Source of the DNA: Candidatus Micrarchaeota archaeon
GTDB taxonomy: Archaea > Micrarchaeota > Micrarchaeia > Norongarragalinales > UBA8480
Length of the DNA stretch: 33,870 nt
Direction: 5' to 3'
Assembly (NCBI GenBank): GCA_043805855.1
Contig: JAZDHP010000031.1
Span: forward strand, 1 to 33,870
A program made the translations under genes and the position numbers. The notes beneath the pieces were generated by a model that did no database searches, was not told the origin of the DNA, and saw only the letters and a list, made by a program, of their open reading frames with translations. This document shows, piece by piece, positions 8,507 to 17,019 of the stretch. Numbering within the stretch: the first letter of the stretch is position 1; each line of letters starts with the position of its first letter.

Positions 8507-9286
8507 ATGGTTGAAACGCTTTCTATTCATCATTTTACAACTGCTGCAGATATGTACAGCCGTGCTAAGTTGCCGTATTTTGCTGGCCCGCTCTATGCAG
8601 TTATTGGCAAAAAACAAGAAGCGGCGCGTGAAGCAAATTCTCTAATATCATTAAAAGAACACGCGGCCGCTGCAACTATAAAGGCTCTTGCTGGCGATAA
8701 ATTAGGTGCCTTTGAAGCTGCGAGAAAGATTGGTGCTCCAAAAAGTAGATTAGCTACTTTGGCTATAGTTGCTACACTATGCGATGACAAACCCAATGCT
8801 GCTAAATTTGCCGTTCAACTTGAAAAACGCCATGGCTTAATTGTCGATGCAGGTATCGTTCATGCGGTTATTGGGGATGTGCCTAGCGCATTGCGAAATG
8901 CAGTTCAACTAGAAAAGCAAGGTAAACTAGTAGATGCTGGTTTAGTATATGCGTTTGCTGGTCACAAAAGAAAGGCGCTTCAGATTTCGCTTGAATTAGC
9001 TAAGCACGGAGATAGTCTCGCTGGCGCTGCGCGTATTAGAATTATTGCGGGATATCCGGCTGAAGCGCTGGCAATTGTTAATCACATAAGCAAAGCCGGA
9101 GCTCATCATACCGCGGGGTTACTTTTTGCTCGAGCGCATGATACTAGAGGCGTTCAACATTCGATGAATAAACTCATAGCTGCCGGTATGTTGGATGAAG
9201 CAAATCAAATAGGTACATACGAACTATTGAGAGACCTTGTATATCTTGGTAAATTAAACGAGAAAAAGTTTCATTTACTTGGCTAA
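8507..9286 (+). CDS. hypothetical Ala-rich alpha-helical repeat protein
   Basis: About 28-29-aa repeats, e.g. AVQLEKRHGLIVDAGIVHAVIG / AVQLEKQGKLVDAGLVYAFAG. Confidence 0.7.
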   Translation: MVETLSIHHFTTAADMYSRAKLPYFAGPLYAVIGKKQEAAREANSLISLKEHAAAATIKALAGDKLGAFEAARKIGAPKSRLATLAIVATLCDDKPNAAKFAVQLEKRHGLIVDAGIVHAVIGDVPSALRNAVQLEKQGKLVDAGLVYAFAGHKRKALQISLELAKHGDSLAGAARIRIIAGYPAEALAIVNHISKAGAHHTAGLLFARAHDTRGVQHSMNKLIAAGMLDEANQIGTYELLRDLVYLGKLNEKKFHLLG

Positions 9287-9389
9287 TTGCTGCTGTCCTT
9301 CTATTTATTCCGCCAGCTTTTTCTCTTTTTTTTAAATATCCTTATTTTTAGAGCTATTTTTACTTCCCTTTATTTCATTTTATAATTAG

Positions 9390-11066
9390 TTAATACTTTT
9401 TTCCAAAAAGTAGCGCTCCCTGTTCTGGTTTTCCGCTTGTGAAGAAATGACCAACAATGACAATTAGTCCAATCACAATAAACGCGTCGATTAAGTTAAT
9501 GTTTGAGTGAAAAACCGCAAGCGCTGCAGTAATTGCTACAATCAGCCAAATTAACGCCGACGTTGTAACTAGTTTGCTAATGTTGTTAAGCACTAACTTG
9601 AGATCTACATACTTTAGATTTTCTCTCAATTTGTTAACCGTTCTAGCAGTTATCAGCGCAACTGCAATTAACGCAACGCAAATTCCAATAGCGGAGTAGG
9701 TTATAGTAGCGCCGTTTACTTCCAGTGCTCCGCCGCTGTAAAAAGTTGCTCCAATGACTCCTACGCCAATTAAAAGTACTAAAAAGTTATCACTTAAAAA
9801 TGAAAAGCTGCGTTTCACGAAATCTTGGAAATTATAGTTAAATTGAAAGAAGTCAAAAATTTGCCGGTTTTGCATTGCAATTGACTTGCCAATCTCAACT
9901 ATTTGCGACGGAACTAGGTTACGCGTTTTGCGCCAAATCAATTCGTTTTTACTTATACTTAGTGTTGTTGCAATTGAAGTTACGAACACTAGAACTGAAG
10001 TTATACTAACTAAGTCAATTTCTTTTACAACTCCGTGCGATGCCCCTGCTAGTAAAAGTGAAAATTCTCCAATTGACAAGAGAGCTAAACCTGTAAACAC
10101 GGCGCTTTTCGAATCGCCTTCAACAAAGTAATGCGATACATTACTTGCGATGAATTTAACCGCAATTGCAACTACAGTTATTACAAAAACAAGCAGTAGA
10201 TTTGAAGTAATTGCGCCTAAATTAACACCCAGTCCAATTGAAAGGAAAAATAGGGCAGAAAATGCAAAGATCAAAGGATAAACTGCTTGTTTAAACGAAT
10301 CAGATTGTCGTACTGATGCAATTAAGTTGCCAGCAAGAAACGCGCCAACTGCTGCGGGGATTCCAAGCATTTGCGCAACGTAGCTTAACCCTAGTCCAAC
10401 GCTAAGCGAAGCAAAAGCGAGGGTTTCGTTAGCCTGGTTTTCAGCAAGCCACTCGAGTGCCGCTTTTATAACGCGCGATACGATTAAGTAAAAAATTCCA
10501 AACAAAAGGAACGAATTTGCAACTGAACTTATTAAGCTAAAAGACAGTCCGCCTTGTCCGCTGCCAATTCCAGAGAAAATGGCAAGTAGAAAAACCGCAA
10601 GTATATCTTCTACAATTAAAACTGAAATTAGCAAGGGAACTTCTTTGCGGTTGGCTAAGTCGCTTTCTTCTATAATTTTAACAAAAATAGCCGTGCTTGT
10701 AATTGACAAAATCGCGCCGAGGAACAAGCTCGTTATTGACGTTAGCCCAACCGCGCGGCCGGCTATATATCCAATTAATATTATTAGCCCAATTTTAGTC
10801 GTTGCTATTAGTACTGCCTTTGCGCCGTACTCTCTTAACTTTTCTATATTGAACTCCAACCCAATTGCGAACAAGAGCAAAACAGAACCAACTTCTGCCA
10901 AGACTCTTATAAAGTCAGTCTCTCCCACGAGTCCAAACTGGTGTGGTCCAATTATCATCCCTGCGACTAGAAGTCCAATTACTGAAGGTTGTCTTAATTT
11001 AATGGCAATTGCGCCTGCTAGAGTGGCTACAACTAGTATGATTCCAAAATCTGCGAAGGCGTCCAT
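9390..11066 (-). CDS. CPA2-family cation:proton antiporter (Kef-like, no KTN domain seen)
   Basis: LLLFAIGLEF, SITSTAI, LIVEDI, GAFLAG, GEFS; many TM helices. Confidence 0.9.
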   Translation of the reverse strand: MDAFADFGIILVVATLAGAIAIKLRQPSVIGLLVAGMIIGPHQFGLVGETDFIRVLAEVGSVLLLFAIGLEFNIEKLREYGAKAVLIATTKIGLIILIGYIAGRAVGLTSITSLFLGAILSITSTAIFVKIIEESDLANRKEVPLLISVLIVEDILAVFLLAIFSGIGSGQGGLSFSLISSVANSFLLFGIFYLIVSRVIKAALEWLAENQANETLAFASLSVGLGLSYVAQMLGIPAAVGAFLAGNLIASVRQSDSFKQAVYPLIFAFSALFFLSIGLGVNLGAITSNLLLVFVITVVAIAVKFIASNVSHYFVEGDSKSAVFTGLALLSIGEFSLLLAGASHGVVKEIDLVSITSVLVFVTSIATTLSISKNELIWRKTRNLVPSQIVEIGKSIAMQNRQIFDFFQFNYNFQDFVKRSFSFLSDNFLVLLIGVGVIGATFYSGGALEVNGATITYSAIGICVALIAVALITARTVNKLRENLKYVDLKLVLNNISKLVTTSALIWLIVAITAALAVFHSNINLIDAFIVIGLIVIVGHFFTSGKPEQGALLFGKKY

Positions 11067-11171
11067 TTTTAAGAACTATTTAGTTCGACAAAGTATAAAT
11101 ATAACGGGCTTCCTGTTAATTGCAATGAGCTTTTGCTTGTTAGCTAATTATACAAAATAGAGAGTGGTAAA

Positions 11172-11573
11172 ATGGGTTTAAATAAGAGTCAACTTGAATT
11201 GTACTTCGCGTTTACAGGAAGGCACAAACGCTTCCTAAAGTTAAGAGAAACTAGTTTCAACATTAAGCAACTTGAAGACGGCGTTTCAATAACTGAAAAA
11301 GCAGTAAAAGCAGTGCAAGCCGCTTGCAAAAACTTCGAGTTACCAATAGCCGAATGCCTTGCTAAACCTGCAAAACGCTCTGCATTAATAAGAGAAATGC
11401 GCAAAAAAGCGCCACGCATAACTCCAAAAGAAGCCGCGTTTATACTAGAGCACTTTGAATCTTTTCAACTCGCCGTTTCAACCGCACAAGCGCCAGTAAG
11501 CGTCAAAATTTCAAAGAAACCCTCAGAATACGGCGACAAATACTACCAACCAACACAACACAAGTATCGGTAA
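11172..11573 (+). CDS. basic hypothetical protein
   Basis: 133-aa ORF with ATG start, divergent from the antiporter. Confidence 0.6.
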   Translation: MGLNKSQLELYFAFTGRHKRFLKLRETSFNIKQLEDGVSITEKAVKAVQAACKNFELPIAECLAKPAKRSALIREMRKKAPRITPKEAAFILEHFESFQLAVSTAQAPVSVKISKKPSEYGDKYYQPTQHKYR

Positions 11574-11575
11574 GC

Positions 11576-11621
11576 CCTTTTTCTTTGCGAAAGAAAAAGG
11601 TCTTCCAACCCCAAAAAGAAA
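11576..11621. repeat. free-standing copy of the pyrimidine-tract/hairpin element found in the tRNA introns
   Basis: CCTTTTTCTTT-GCG-AAAGAAAAAGG hairpin followed by AAAAAGAAA. Confidence 0.6.
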
Positions 11622-11677
11622 TTGAAAATTCTTTTTGTTCTTTTAAGCTAGATTAGCCCTAGCTGGCCAAAAACATA

Positions 11678-11720
11678 AAGTATTAATACTAGTAATACTT
11701 ATTATTACTCTGGGTAATAA
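11678..11720 (+). promoter_or_regulatory. inverted repeats upstream of vapBC-like pair (likely autoregulatory operator)
   Basis: AAGTATTA-N7-TAATACTT (11678-11700) and TTATTAC-N5-GTAATAA just before the antitoxin start. Confidence 0.55.
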
Positions 11721-11722
11721 TT

Positions 11723-11965
11723 ATGGTTTTTGTGAATGTAATGGTGAATGAAAAGGGGCAGATTGTCATTCCAAAAGTTTTTCGAGACGCTTATGGAATT
11801 GAACCTGGAAGCGAAATACTAGTTGGCGAGAAGAACAACGCGTTAGTTATTGAGAGAAAAATGACTAAAACAGAATGGGTAGCTTTTCTTCACTCTTTTC
11901 CAAAAAGTAACATTGGTAAGATAAACAGCAACGCTGATTATGCTGAGGAACTGGACAATAGATGA
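11723..11965 (+). CDS. vapB: AbrB/MazE-type antitoxin
   Basis: VNEKGQIVIPKVFRDAYGIEPG; overlaps the PIN gene by 4 nt. Confidence 0.88.
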   Translation: MVFVNVMVNEKGQIVIPKVFRDAYGIEPGSEILVGEKNNALVIERKMTKTEWVAFLHSFPKSNIGKINSNADYAEELDNR

Positions 11966-12342
11966 ACTACGTAGACGCTAATATTTTGATCTATTCTATT
12001 CGTGACGCTACGATTAAGGGTATAAAATCGCGAGAGTTACTTGAAAAACAGCGAGTTGTAACTAGTGTATTGTCTTTAGATGAAGTAGCTTACAAGCTTT
12101 TGAAAGAGTCGCGCGAAACTGCGGTTAAAGTAATTTCAGGGATTTCAACTTCTCCAAATATTGTTTTAGTTCCATTTTTGCCAGAGGATGTAGATTTATT
12201 TAAAGAACTTCTCGAAAAGGGATTGGGTCCACGCGATGCAATTCACGCGTTAACCGCGAAAAAAATGAAGTGTGCTATAATGTACTCTGAAGATCAAGAT
12301 TTTGACAAAATCACAGATTTCGTTAGAAAAACACCTTGGTGA
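11962..12342 (+). CDS. vapC: PIN-domain VapC toxin
   Basis: YVDANILI, E in SLDEV, DAIHA, SEDQDFD. Confidence 0.9.
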   Translation: MNYVDANILIYSIRDATIKGIKSRELLEKQRVVTSVLSLDEVAYKLLKESRETAVKVISGISTSPNIVLVPFLPEDVDLFKELLEKGLGPRDAIHALTAKKMKCAIMYSEDQDFDKITDFVRKTPW

Positions 12343-12371
12343 GAAAACACAAGCGCCGCAAGTTCATAAAA

Positions 12372-13102
12372 TTAAAAATCGTAAAACGGCTGTCTCTCGT
12401 ATTGCTGGTTTGTTATTTTTCTATGAATAGCGGCTGCGATTTTTTCCGAAATGGCCGCATCTTTAAACTTCGCTTGTTCTGGATGGTGCAATGGTGTTCT
12501 GCACTCGTGATAAACTGCACGCAAGCTGTGCACCAGACGGCGAAATGAAAATTCTCCACGCGCTAATAATTTAGCATCGTTTCTTGCTAGTCGTTCGGCG
12601 GCTATTGCTTTTTCACGTTGAAGCTTCGCAGTTTTTGTTTGCAATTCTTCATAATAAGCAGGAATTTCCACTGCATAGCTTTGCCTCTTTTTATCCTGCA
12701 GTAATATTATCTCGTTTTTTCCACGTCTTTTACTGCGTTTGGGTCTTCAAGCGGGTCCCACTTGTGTTCAATCAATCTAAATTTACTAGCGGGGATGCTT
12801 TTTGCCCTACCGAAAACATGAAATGGTGTTGAGTGAAAGTTAAACGCAAAAGCGCCGTGCCTTCTTCCTATTCTACGCGCGTGTTCATTACTATCAAAAA
12901 TTAAATGGCTATCCAAAGCGTCAATTATTTTTTCAAGCGGCAACCGCTTTACAATTCCATAAGCAGTTTCAGCTGCTGGTATTTTTTCCATTACAACTTC
13001 GTGTCCGTACTTTTTGCGCAGAATCGCGGCAACTTTCCTCGCGTGGAAACCAGCAACAACTTCAGTCGGGTGTTCGTTCCACACGAGTACAACTTTTGCC
13101 AT
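12372..13102 (-). pseudogene. frameshifted orphan with M14/AstE-like zinc hydrolase motifs
   Basis: WNEHPTE and FNFHS in the 5' ORF. One extra A in the A6 run (plus-strand T 12715-12720) joins it via NEIILLQDKKRQSYAVEIP to ORF 12372-12671. Confidence 0.55.
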
Positions 13103-13168
13103 GATATTTGTAGTGCCTACTTATTTAACAAAGCAGCATTTACATTATAGGTTTTCTGCTTTGTTAAA

Positions 13169-13200
13169 GCCTTACACTTCGTCTGGCGAAGTGTAAGTTA
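13169..13200. repeat. 32-bp hairpin repeat, copy 2
   Basis: gccttacacttcgtctggcgaagtgtaagtta; stem preserved relative to 2813-2844. Confidence 0.8.
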
Positions 13201-13277
13201 TATCTAAGTTTTCCGGAAAAGCGTAGGCACTACCTTTTCTTGTTTTTAACCTATTTTCTCACTTGGAAACGATTATT

Positions 13278-13318
13278 CAATCGATGGTGTTTATAGAAAA
13301 CCTTTTATTCATCGATTG
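13278..13318 (+). promoter_or_regulatory. inverted repeat upstream of second vapBC-like pair
   Basis: CAATCGATG (13278-13286) and CATCGATTG (13310-13318) flank an AT-rich TATA-like stretch. Confidence 0.5.
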
Positions 13319-13341
13319 TTAAAAAGTATTGTGGTGGTTTT

Positions 13342-13560
13342 ATGTCAATGCTTGTAACGGTTTCGCCAAAGTTTCAGGTTGTTATTCCCCGAGTGCTTAG
13401 AAATGATTTGGGGTTACATGCTGGCCAGAAACTTCAAGTTGTTCGCCTTGGAAACGAGCTTATTTTTGTTCCAGTAGAAAAGGACATTAAGAAACTACGT
13501 GGCTTCCTGGGAAAAATGGACTTAAGCGACCTAAGGGATAATAACGAAAGATTTGGTTAA
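13342..13560 (+). CDS. vapB: AbrB/MazE-type antitoxin
   Basis: TVSPKFQVVIPRVLRNDLGLHAGQ. Confidence 0.88.
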   Translation: MSMLVTVSPKFQVVIPRVLRNDLGLHAGQKLQVVRLGNELIFVPVEKDIKKLRGFLGKMDLSDLRDNNERFG

Positions 13561-13573
13561 AGGTGTTTTTACG

Positions 13574-13954
13574 TTGAAAACTATAATTGATTCCAGTGCA
13601 TGGCTTGAATACTTTACCAACGGGCAACTAGCTAGCAAATGCGCTTCTTTTATTGAAAACGCTAATGAAACGGATTTTTTAACGCCCACCATTGTACTTT
13701 TTGAAGTTTACAAAAAAGTAAAACGCGAAAAAGGAAGAGAAGCAGCTGTTCAAGTAGCAGCGCAAATTTCAGGCAGGACAACTTTGATCCAGTTAACTGA
13801 TGTAATTGCAATTCAAGCAGCTGAAACGTCACTTACGCATAATTTAAAAATCGCTGACGCGATAATAAAAGCAACTGCGGATGAATTAAATGCTATTCTT
13901 GTTACATGTGACTCTGACTTCAAAGGCCTAGAAAATGTAAGGTTGATTCAATAG
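13574..13954 (+). CDS. vapC: PIN-domain VapC toxin
   Basis: IIDSSAWLEYF, VLFEV, ADAIIKATA, TCDSDF; TTG start at 13574 follows an AGGTG RBS. Confidence 0.9.
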   Translation: MKTIIDSSAWLEYFTNGQLASKCASFIENANETDFLTPTIVLFEVYKKVKREKGREAAVQVAAQISGRTTLIQLTDVIAIQAAETSLTHNLKIADAIIKATADELNAILVTCDSDFKGLENVRLIQ

Positions 13955-13978
13955 GTTTTCAATCTTTTAGTAATTTTT

Positions 13979-15496
13979 TCACTTCTTAGCTTCTACTTTC
14001 GGAAACAGCACAAGCGTTTGCGCAACTGCAGTGCCTTCTTTTGACTTACCGTAAACACAATCCTTCAACTTTGCCTTTTCGATGTTTTTCAGCCCAAGCG
14101 CAGCGTATAATTCGCTGGATTTACGCGGCGTAAAGGGAAATAGTAAAATCGCCGCAACGCGAAGTGCTTCACATAGTTCGTACATAACTGCGTCGACGTC
14201 CTTCTGTTTGCCTTCCTTTGCCAACTTCCACGGTTCAGTATCGTTCACGAGCTTGTTCGCCTCGCGGACAATGTCCCACGTTGCTTCCAACGCGCGGTTA
14301 AACGAATATTCATCCATTTTCTCCTCATAAAGGTTTACCTTTTCTTCAATTACCTTTTTTAGCTTACCTTCCTTTGGCTTCGCTGGGATTTTTCCATTAC
14401 AGTAGCGGTTTACCATCACTAGTGTTCGATTTGCCAAATTGCCGAACTCATCTGCCAACTCTCCGTTGTAACGGCCGTCAAACGCTTTTTGCGAATAGTC
14501 TCCATCTTCTCCAAAAGTATTCTCTCTCAATAGGAAATAGCGAAACGCATCTGCGCCGTACTTTGCAATAACCGCGTGTGGCTCAACGTAATTGCCTTTA
14601 CTTTTGCTCATTTTGTCGCCTTCGATTGTCCACCAACCGTGCGCGTATATTTTCTTTGGCAATTCAACGCCAGCTGCCATTAGCATCGCTGGCCAGTAAA
14701 CCGCATGGAAACGGGCAATTTCTTTTCCAACTAAGTGAACATCAGCAGGCCAAAACTCGTCAATTGTTTTCTTGTTTTTTCCATCGTAACCAAGTGCAGT
14801 TAAGTAATTGAAAAGCGCATCTAGCCAAACGTAAATAACGTGTTCTTTGTCAAACGGAACTGGAATTCCCCATTTTACGTTTCTGCGGCTCACACTTAAA
14901 TCGCGTAAATCATCTTTGAAAAAATTATATGCTTCGTGCCAGCGGCTTTGTGGTTCGACAAATTGTTTGTTCTCTTCAAATAATTTCAACAACTGTGGCT
15001 TGAATTTAGATAAAGCAAAGAAGTAACTCTCTTCTTTTTCCTTTTTTACATCGCGGCCGCAATCTGGACACTTTGCATTTAGCAGTTGAGAATCGGTTAG
15101 AAAAGTTTCACACGGAACGCAATACCATCCCTCGTAGTTTCCCTTGTAAATGAAACCCTTGTCATAAAGTTGCTGGAAAACATTCTGAACTGCCTTCTCG
15201 TGATAATTGTCTGTAGTACGGATGAACTTATCGTATTCAATATCAAGCGCCGTCCATAGGGTTTTGTACTGTTCAACGATTTCGTCGACAAACTGCTTTG
15301 GCGTCTTTCCAATATCTTTAGCTGCCTTTTCAACTTTCTGCCCGTGTTCATCTGTTCCAGTAAGGAAGAAAACTTTATACCCTTGCATTTTCTTGTAACG
15401 TGCTAGCGTGTCGGCGGCGATTGTGGTGTAAGCGTGGCCCAAGTGCGGCGCGCCGTTAGTGTAGTAAATCGGAGTAGTAACGTAAAACGTTTTCAT
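13979..15496 (-). CDS. metG: methionyl-tRNA synthetase, short one-knuckle (MetRS1-like) type
   Basis: YVTTPIYY...HLGH, GTDEHG, YVWLDAL, KMSKS; single CxxC...CxxC knuckle. Confidence 0.96.
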   Translation of the reverse strand: MKTFYVTTPIYYTNGAPHLGHAYTTIAADTLARYKKMQGYKVFFLTGTDEHGQKVEKAAKDIGKTPKQFVDEIVEQYKTLWTALDIEYDKFIRTTDNYHEKAVQNVFQQLYDKGFIYKGNYEGWYCVPCETFLTDSQLLNAKCPDCGRDVKKEKEESYFFALSKFKPQLLKLFEENKQFVEPQSRWHEAYNFFKDDLRDLSVSRRNVKWGIPVPFDKEHVIYVWLDALFNYLTALGYDGKNKKTIDEFWPADVHLVGKEIARFHAVYWPAMLMAAGVELPKKIYAHGWWTIEGDKMSKSKGNYVEPHAVIAKYGADAFRYFLLRENTFGEDGDYSQKAFDGRYNGELADEFGNLANRTLVMVNRYCNGKIPAKPKEGKLKKVIEEKVNLYEEKMDEYSFNRALEATWDIVREANKLVNDTEPWKLAKEGKQKDVDAVMYELCEALRVAAILLFPFTPRKSSELYAALGLKNIEKAKLKDCVYGKSKEGTAVAQTLVLFPKVEAKK

Positions 15497-15545
15497 AGTA
15501 TTTCACAGTTTAAAATAAGCGCGGCAAGTAAGTTAAATATTCTTC

Positions 15546-16445
15546 TTACTCAATTCCCCTCGCGCGTTTAACTCTTCTTATTATTTCCTCTGCTTTTGAA
15601 TTGGTTGATTGAACTGCTTGGCGTTTAGTTCCAAAGTGTCTCGCTATTTCAGCATAATCATGTCCATAAATATGTTTCAACGCATATACACCGATGTAGT
15701 GTGGTTTAGCCCTCTTGCTGGATAACAGTAATTCTAAGTCGCTGGTTTCAAACGCGGTTGGGTCAACTGTAGTTGTTCCAATGACTTCGTGAAGAGTTCG
15801 TTTTTCATCACGTATTGGCTTGTCAAGTGAAATTTCTCTTCTTTTTCTCGCAGCTGCTTTTGCTATTTCTGCGCTAATCTTAGTAAAGGCATGTGTTGAA
15901 AACGCACATGTTTTCGGATCGTGACTTTCTATTGCTTTGCGAAGTCCTTCTTTTCCAATTTCAACTGCAGTTTGATAACTTAAATGCCGTCGCCAGTTAG
16001 AAGATAAAAATCTATGCCCTTTTTTTAATACAGCGTGAATTAACCCAACGTGCCTTTCTATTTCTGCGGGCGTTGCATCTCTAAGTTTCTTAGCGCTTTG
16101 CGGTCGATACCATCGAATTGGTTCAATTAACCCTTTAGCTTGTAAAATAGCAATTGCGGCGGAAACCTTTACTTTCACTTTCTGCAATTCTTCTTTTTTA
16201 ATATCTTTTCTTTTTAGGCCTAAGATTGCACAAGCAATTCCGAAATTAGAATAATAACCGCCATTAAAGTGCCGTGGTGCAAGTTCGAGAACCCGAGAAT
16301 TAAAAGGAGAAAGTGACCTGGTCTTTTTTACTAGTTTTGGCTCTGTCCTTATAGCTCTTGAAATTTCATCAACATGAGTTAAAACTGCAGTTACGTTTTC
16401 ATAATTTCTATTTGCAAAAGCAGCTTTTAAAGGTCTTTTTAGCAT
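15546..16445 (-). CDS. sigma-70-like protein (regions 2, 3-linker, 4) with one N-terminal wHTH-like repeat
   Basis: HVGLIHAV...GKEGLRKAIESHDPKTCAFSTHAFTKI (region 2-like), ISLDKPIRDEKRTLHEVI, YAEIARHFGTKRQAVQSTNSKA (region 4 HTH). Confidence 0.75.
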   Translation of the reverse strand: MLKRPLKAAFANRNYENVTAVLTHVDEISRAIRTEPKLVKKTRSLSPFNSRVLELAPRHFNGGYYSNFGIACAILGLKRKDIKKEELQKVKVKVSAAIAILQAKGLIEPIRWYRPQSAKKLRDATPAEIERHVGLIHAVLKKGHRFLSSNWRRHLSYQTAVEIGKEGLRKAIESHDPKTCAFSTHAFTKISAEIAKAAARKRREISLDKPIRDEKRTLHEVIGTTTVDPTAFETSDLELLLSSKRAKPHYIGVYALKHIYGHDYAEIARHFGTKRQAVQSTNSKAEEIIRRVKRARGIE

Positions 16446-16614
16446 ATTATCTGTTTCTGTTTGTTGGTTATTATAGCAACATGCTAAAGTTTTCCGGCAA
16501 TTTAAACGCAGGTTGCAACTAGCAATACACTTAACTTGTCAGATTACTTTTGTGCATTGCTATATCCTTTTGCAACCAATTGCTTCTTTAACTTTTTTCT
16601 CCTTTATTTTAAAC

Positions 16615-17019
16615 ATGGAAAAAGTTGCCAAGGCACTTGCCAATGCGTTTAATGGATATTCGGTTGATGTAGAAGAAACGGTTCGCGAGCACAGCGCGCA
16701 TTTTCATATTAACAAACAACCAGAAACACTCCACGGCGCAGTTGGTTTAGAAGCGACAAAGCGTACGCACGATCCATTTGCAATTGCGCTATTAGTTAAG
16801 CCAACTGACTTTTTCCACGAAACGCGCCAAGAACAACTTAAAGAGCGATTAGCGCGGCTTTCCGATTTATTGCGAAAGAATAAACTAACTTTGGTTTACC
16901 AAATTCCCCAAGGCGATAACAAAACAGCTGCAATTTCAATTCACCGCTATGGAGTGTTAGGCTGGCTAGGTAGACGCGCTAAATTTGTAAATAAATTAAG
17001 AGAGCTAACGCGCCGCTAA
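16615..17019 (+). CDS. basic hypothetical protein
   Basis: ATG at 16615 within ORF 16513-17019; convergent with and overlapping the decarboxylase stop. Confidence 0.55.
   Translation: MEKVAKALANAFNGYSVDVEETVREHSAHFHINKQPETLHGAVGLEATKRTHDPFAIALLVKPTDFFHETRQEQLKERLARLSDLLRKNKLTLVYQIPQGDNKTAAISIHRYGVLGWLGRRAKFVNKLRELTRR

Noticed and set aside
10579..11160. Long antisense ORFs (also 19245-19655, 20282-20671, 25815-26258)
   Set aside because: Shadows of well-supported genes on the opposite strand, with no motifs of their own.
12707..12725. Programmed -1 ribosomal frameshift
   Set aside because: G GAA AAA in the zero frame is not a canonical X XXY YYZ heptamer and no clear stimulatory structure was seen; a simple indel is more parsimonious.
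13204..16500. Shared CTA(A)AGTTTTCCGG motif upstream of two minus-strand orphan genes as a sigma-type promoter
   Set aside because: On the minus strand it reads CCGGAAAACTT(T)A, adequately explained as an ordinary BRE-TATA-like element; two short copies are insufficient.
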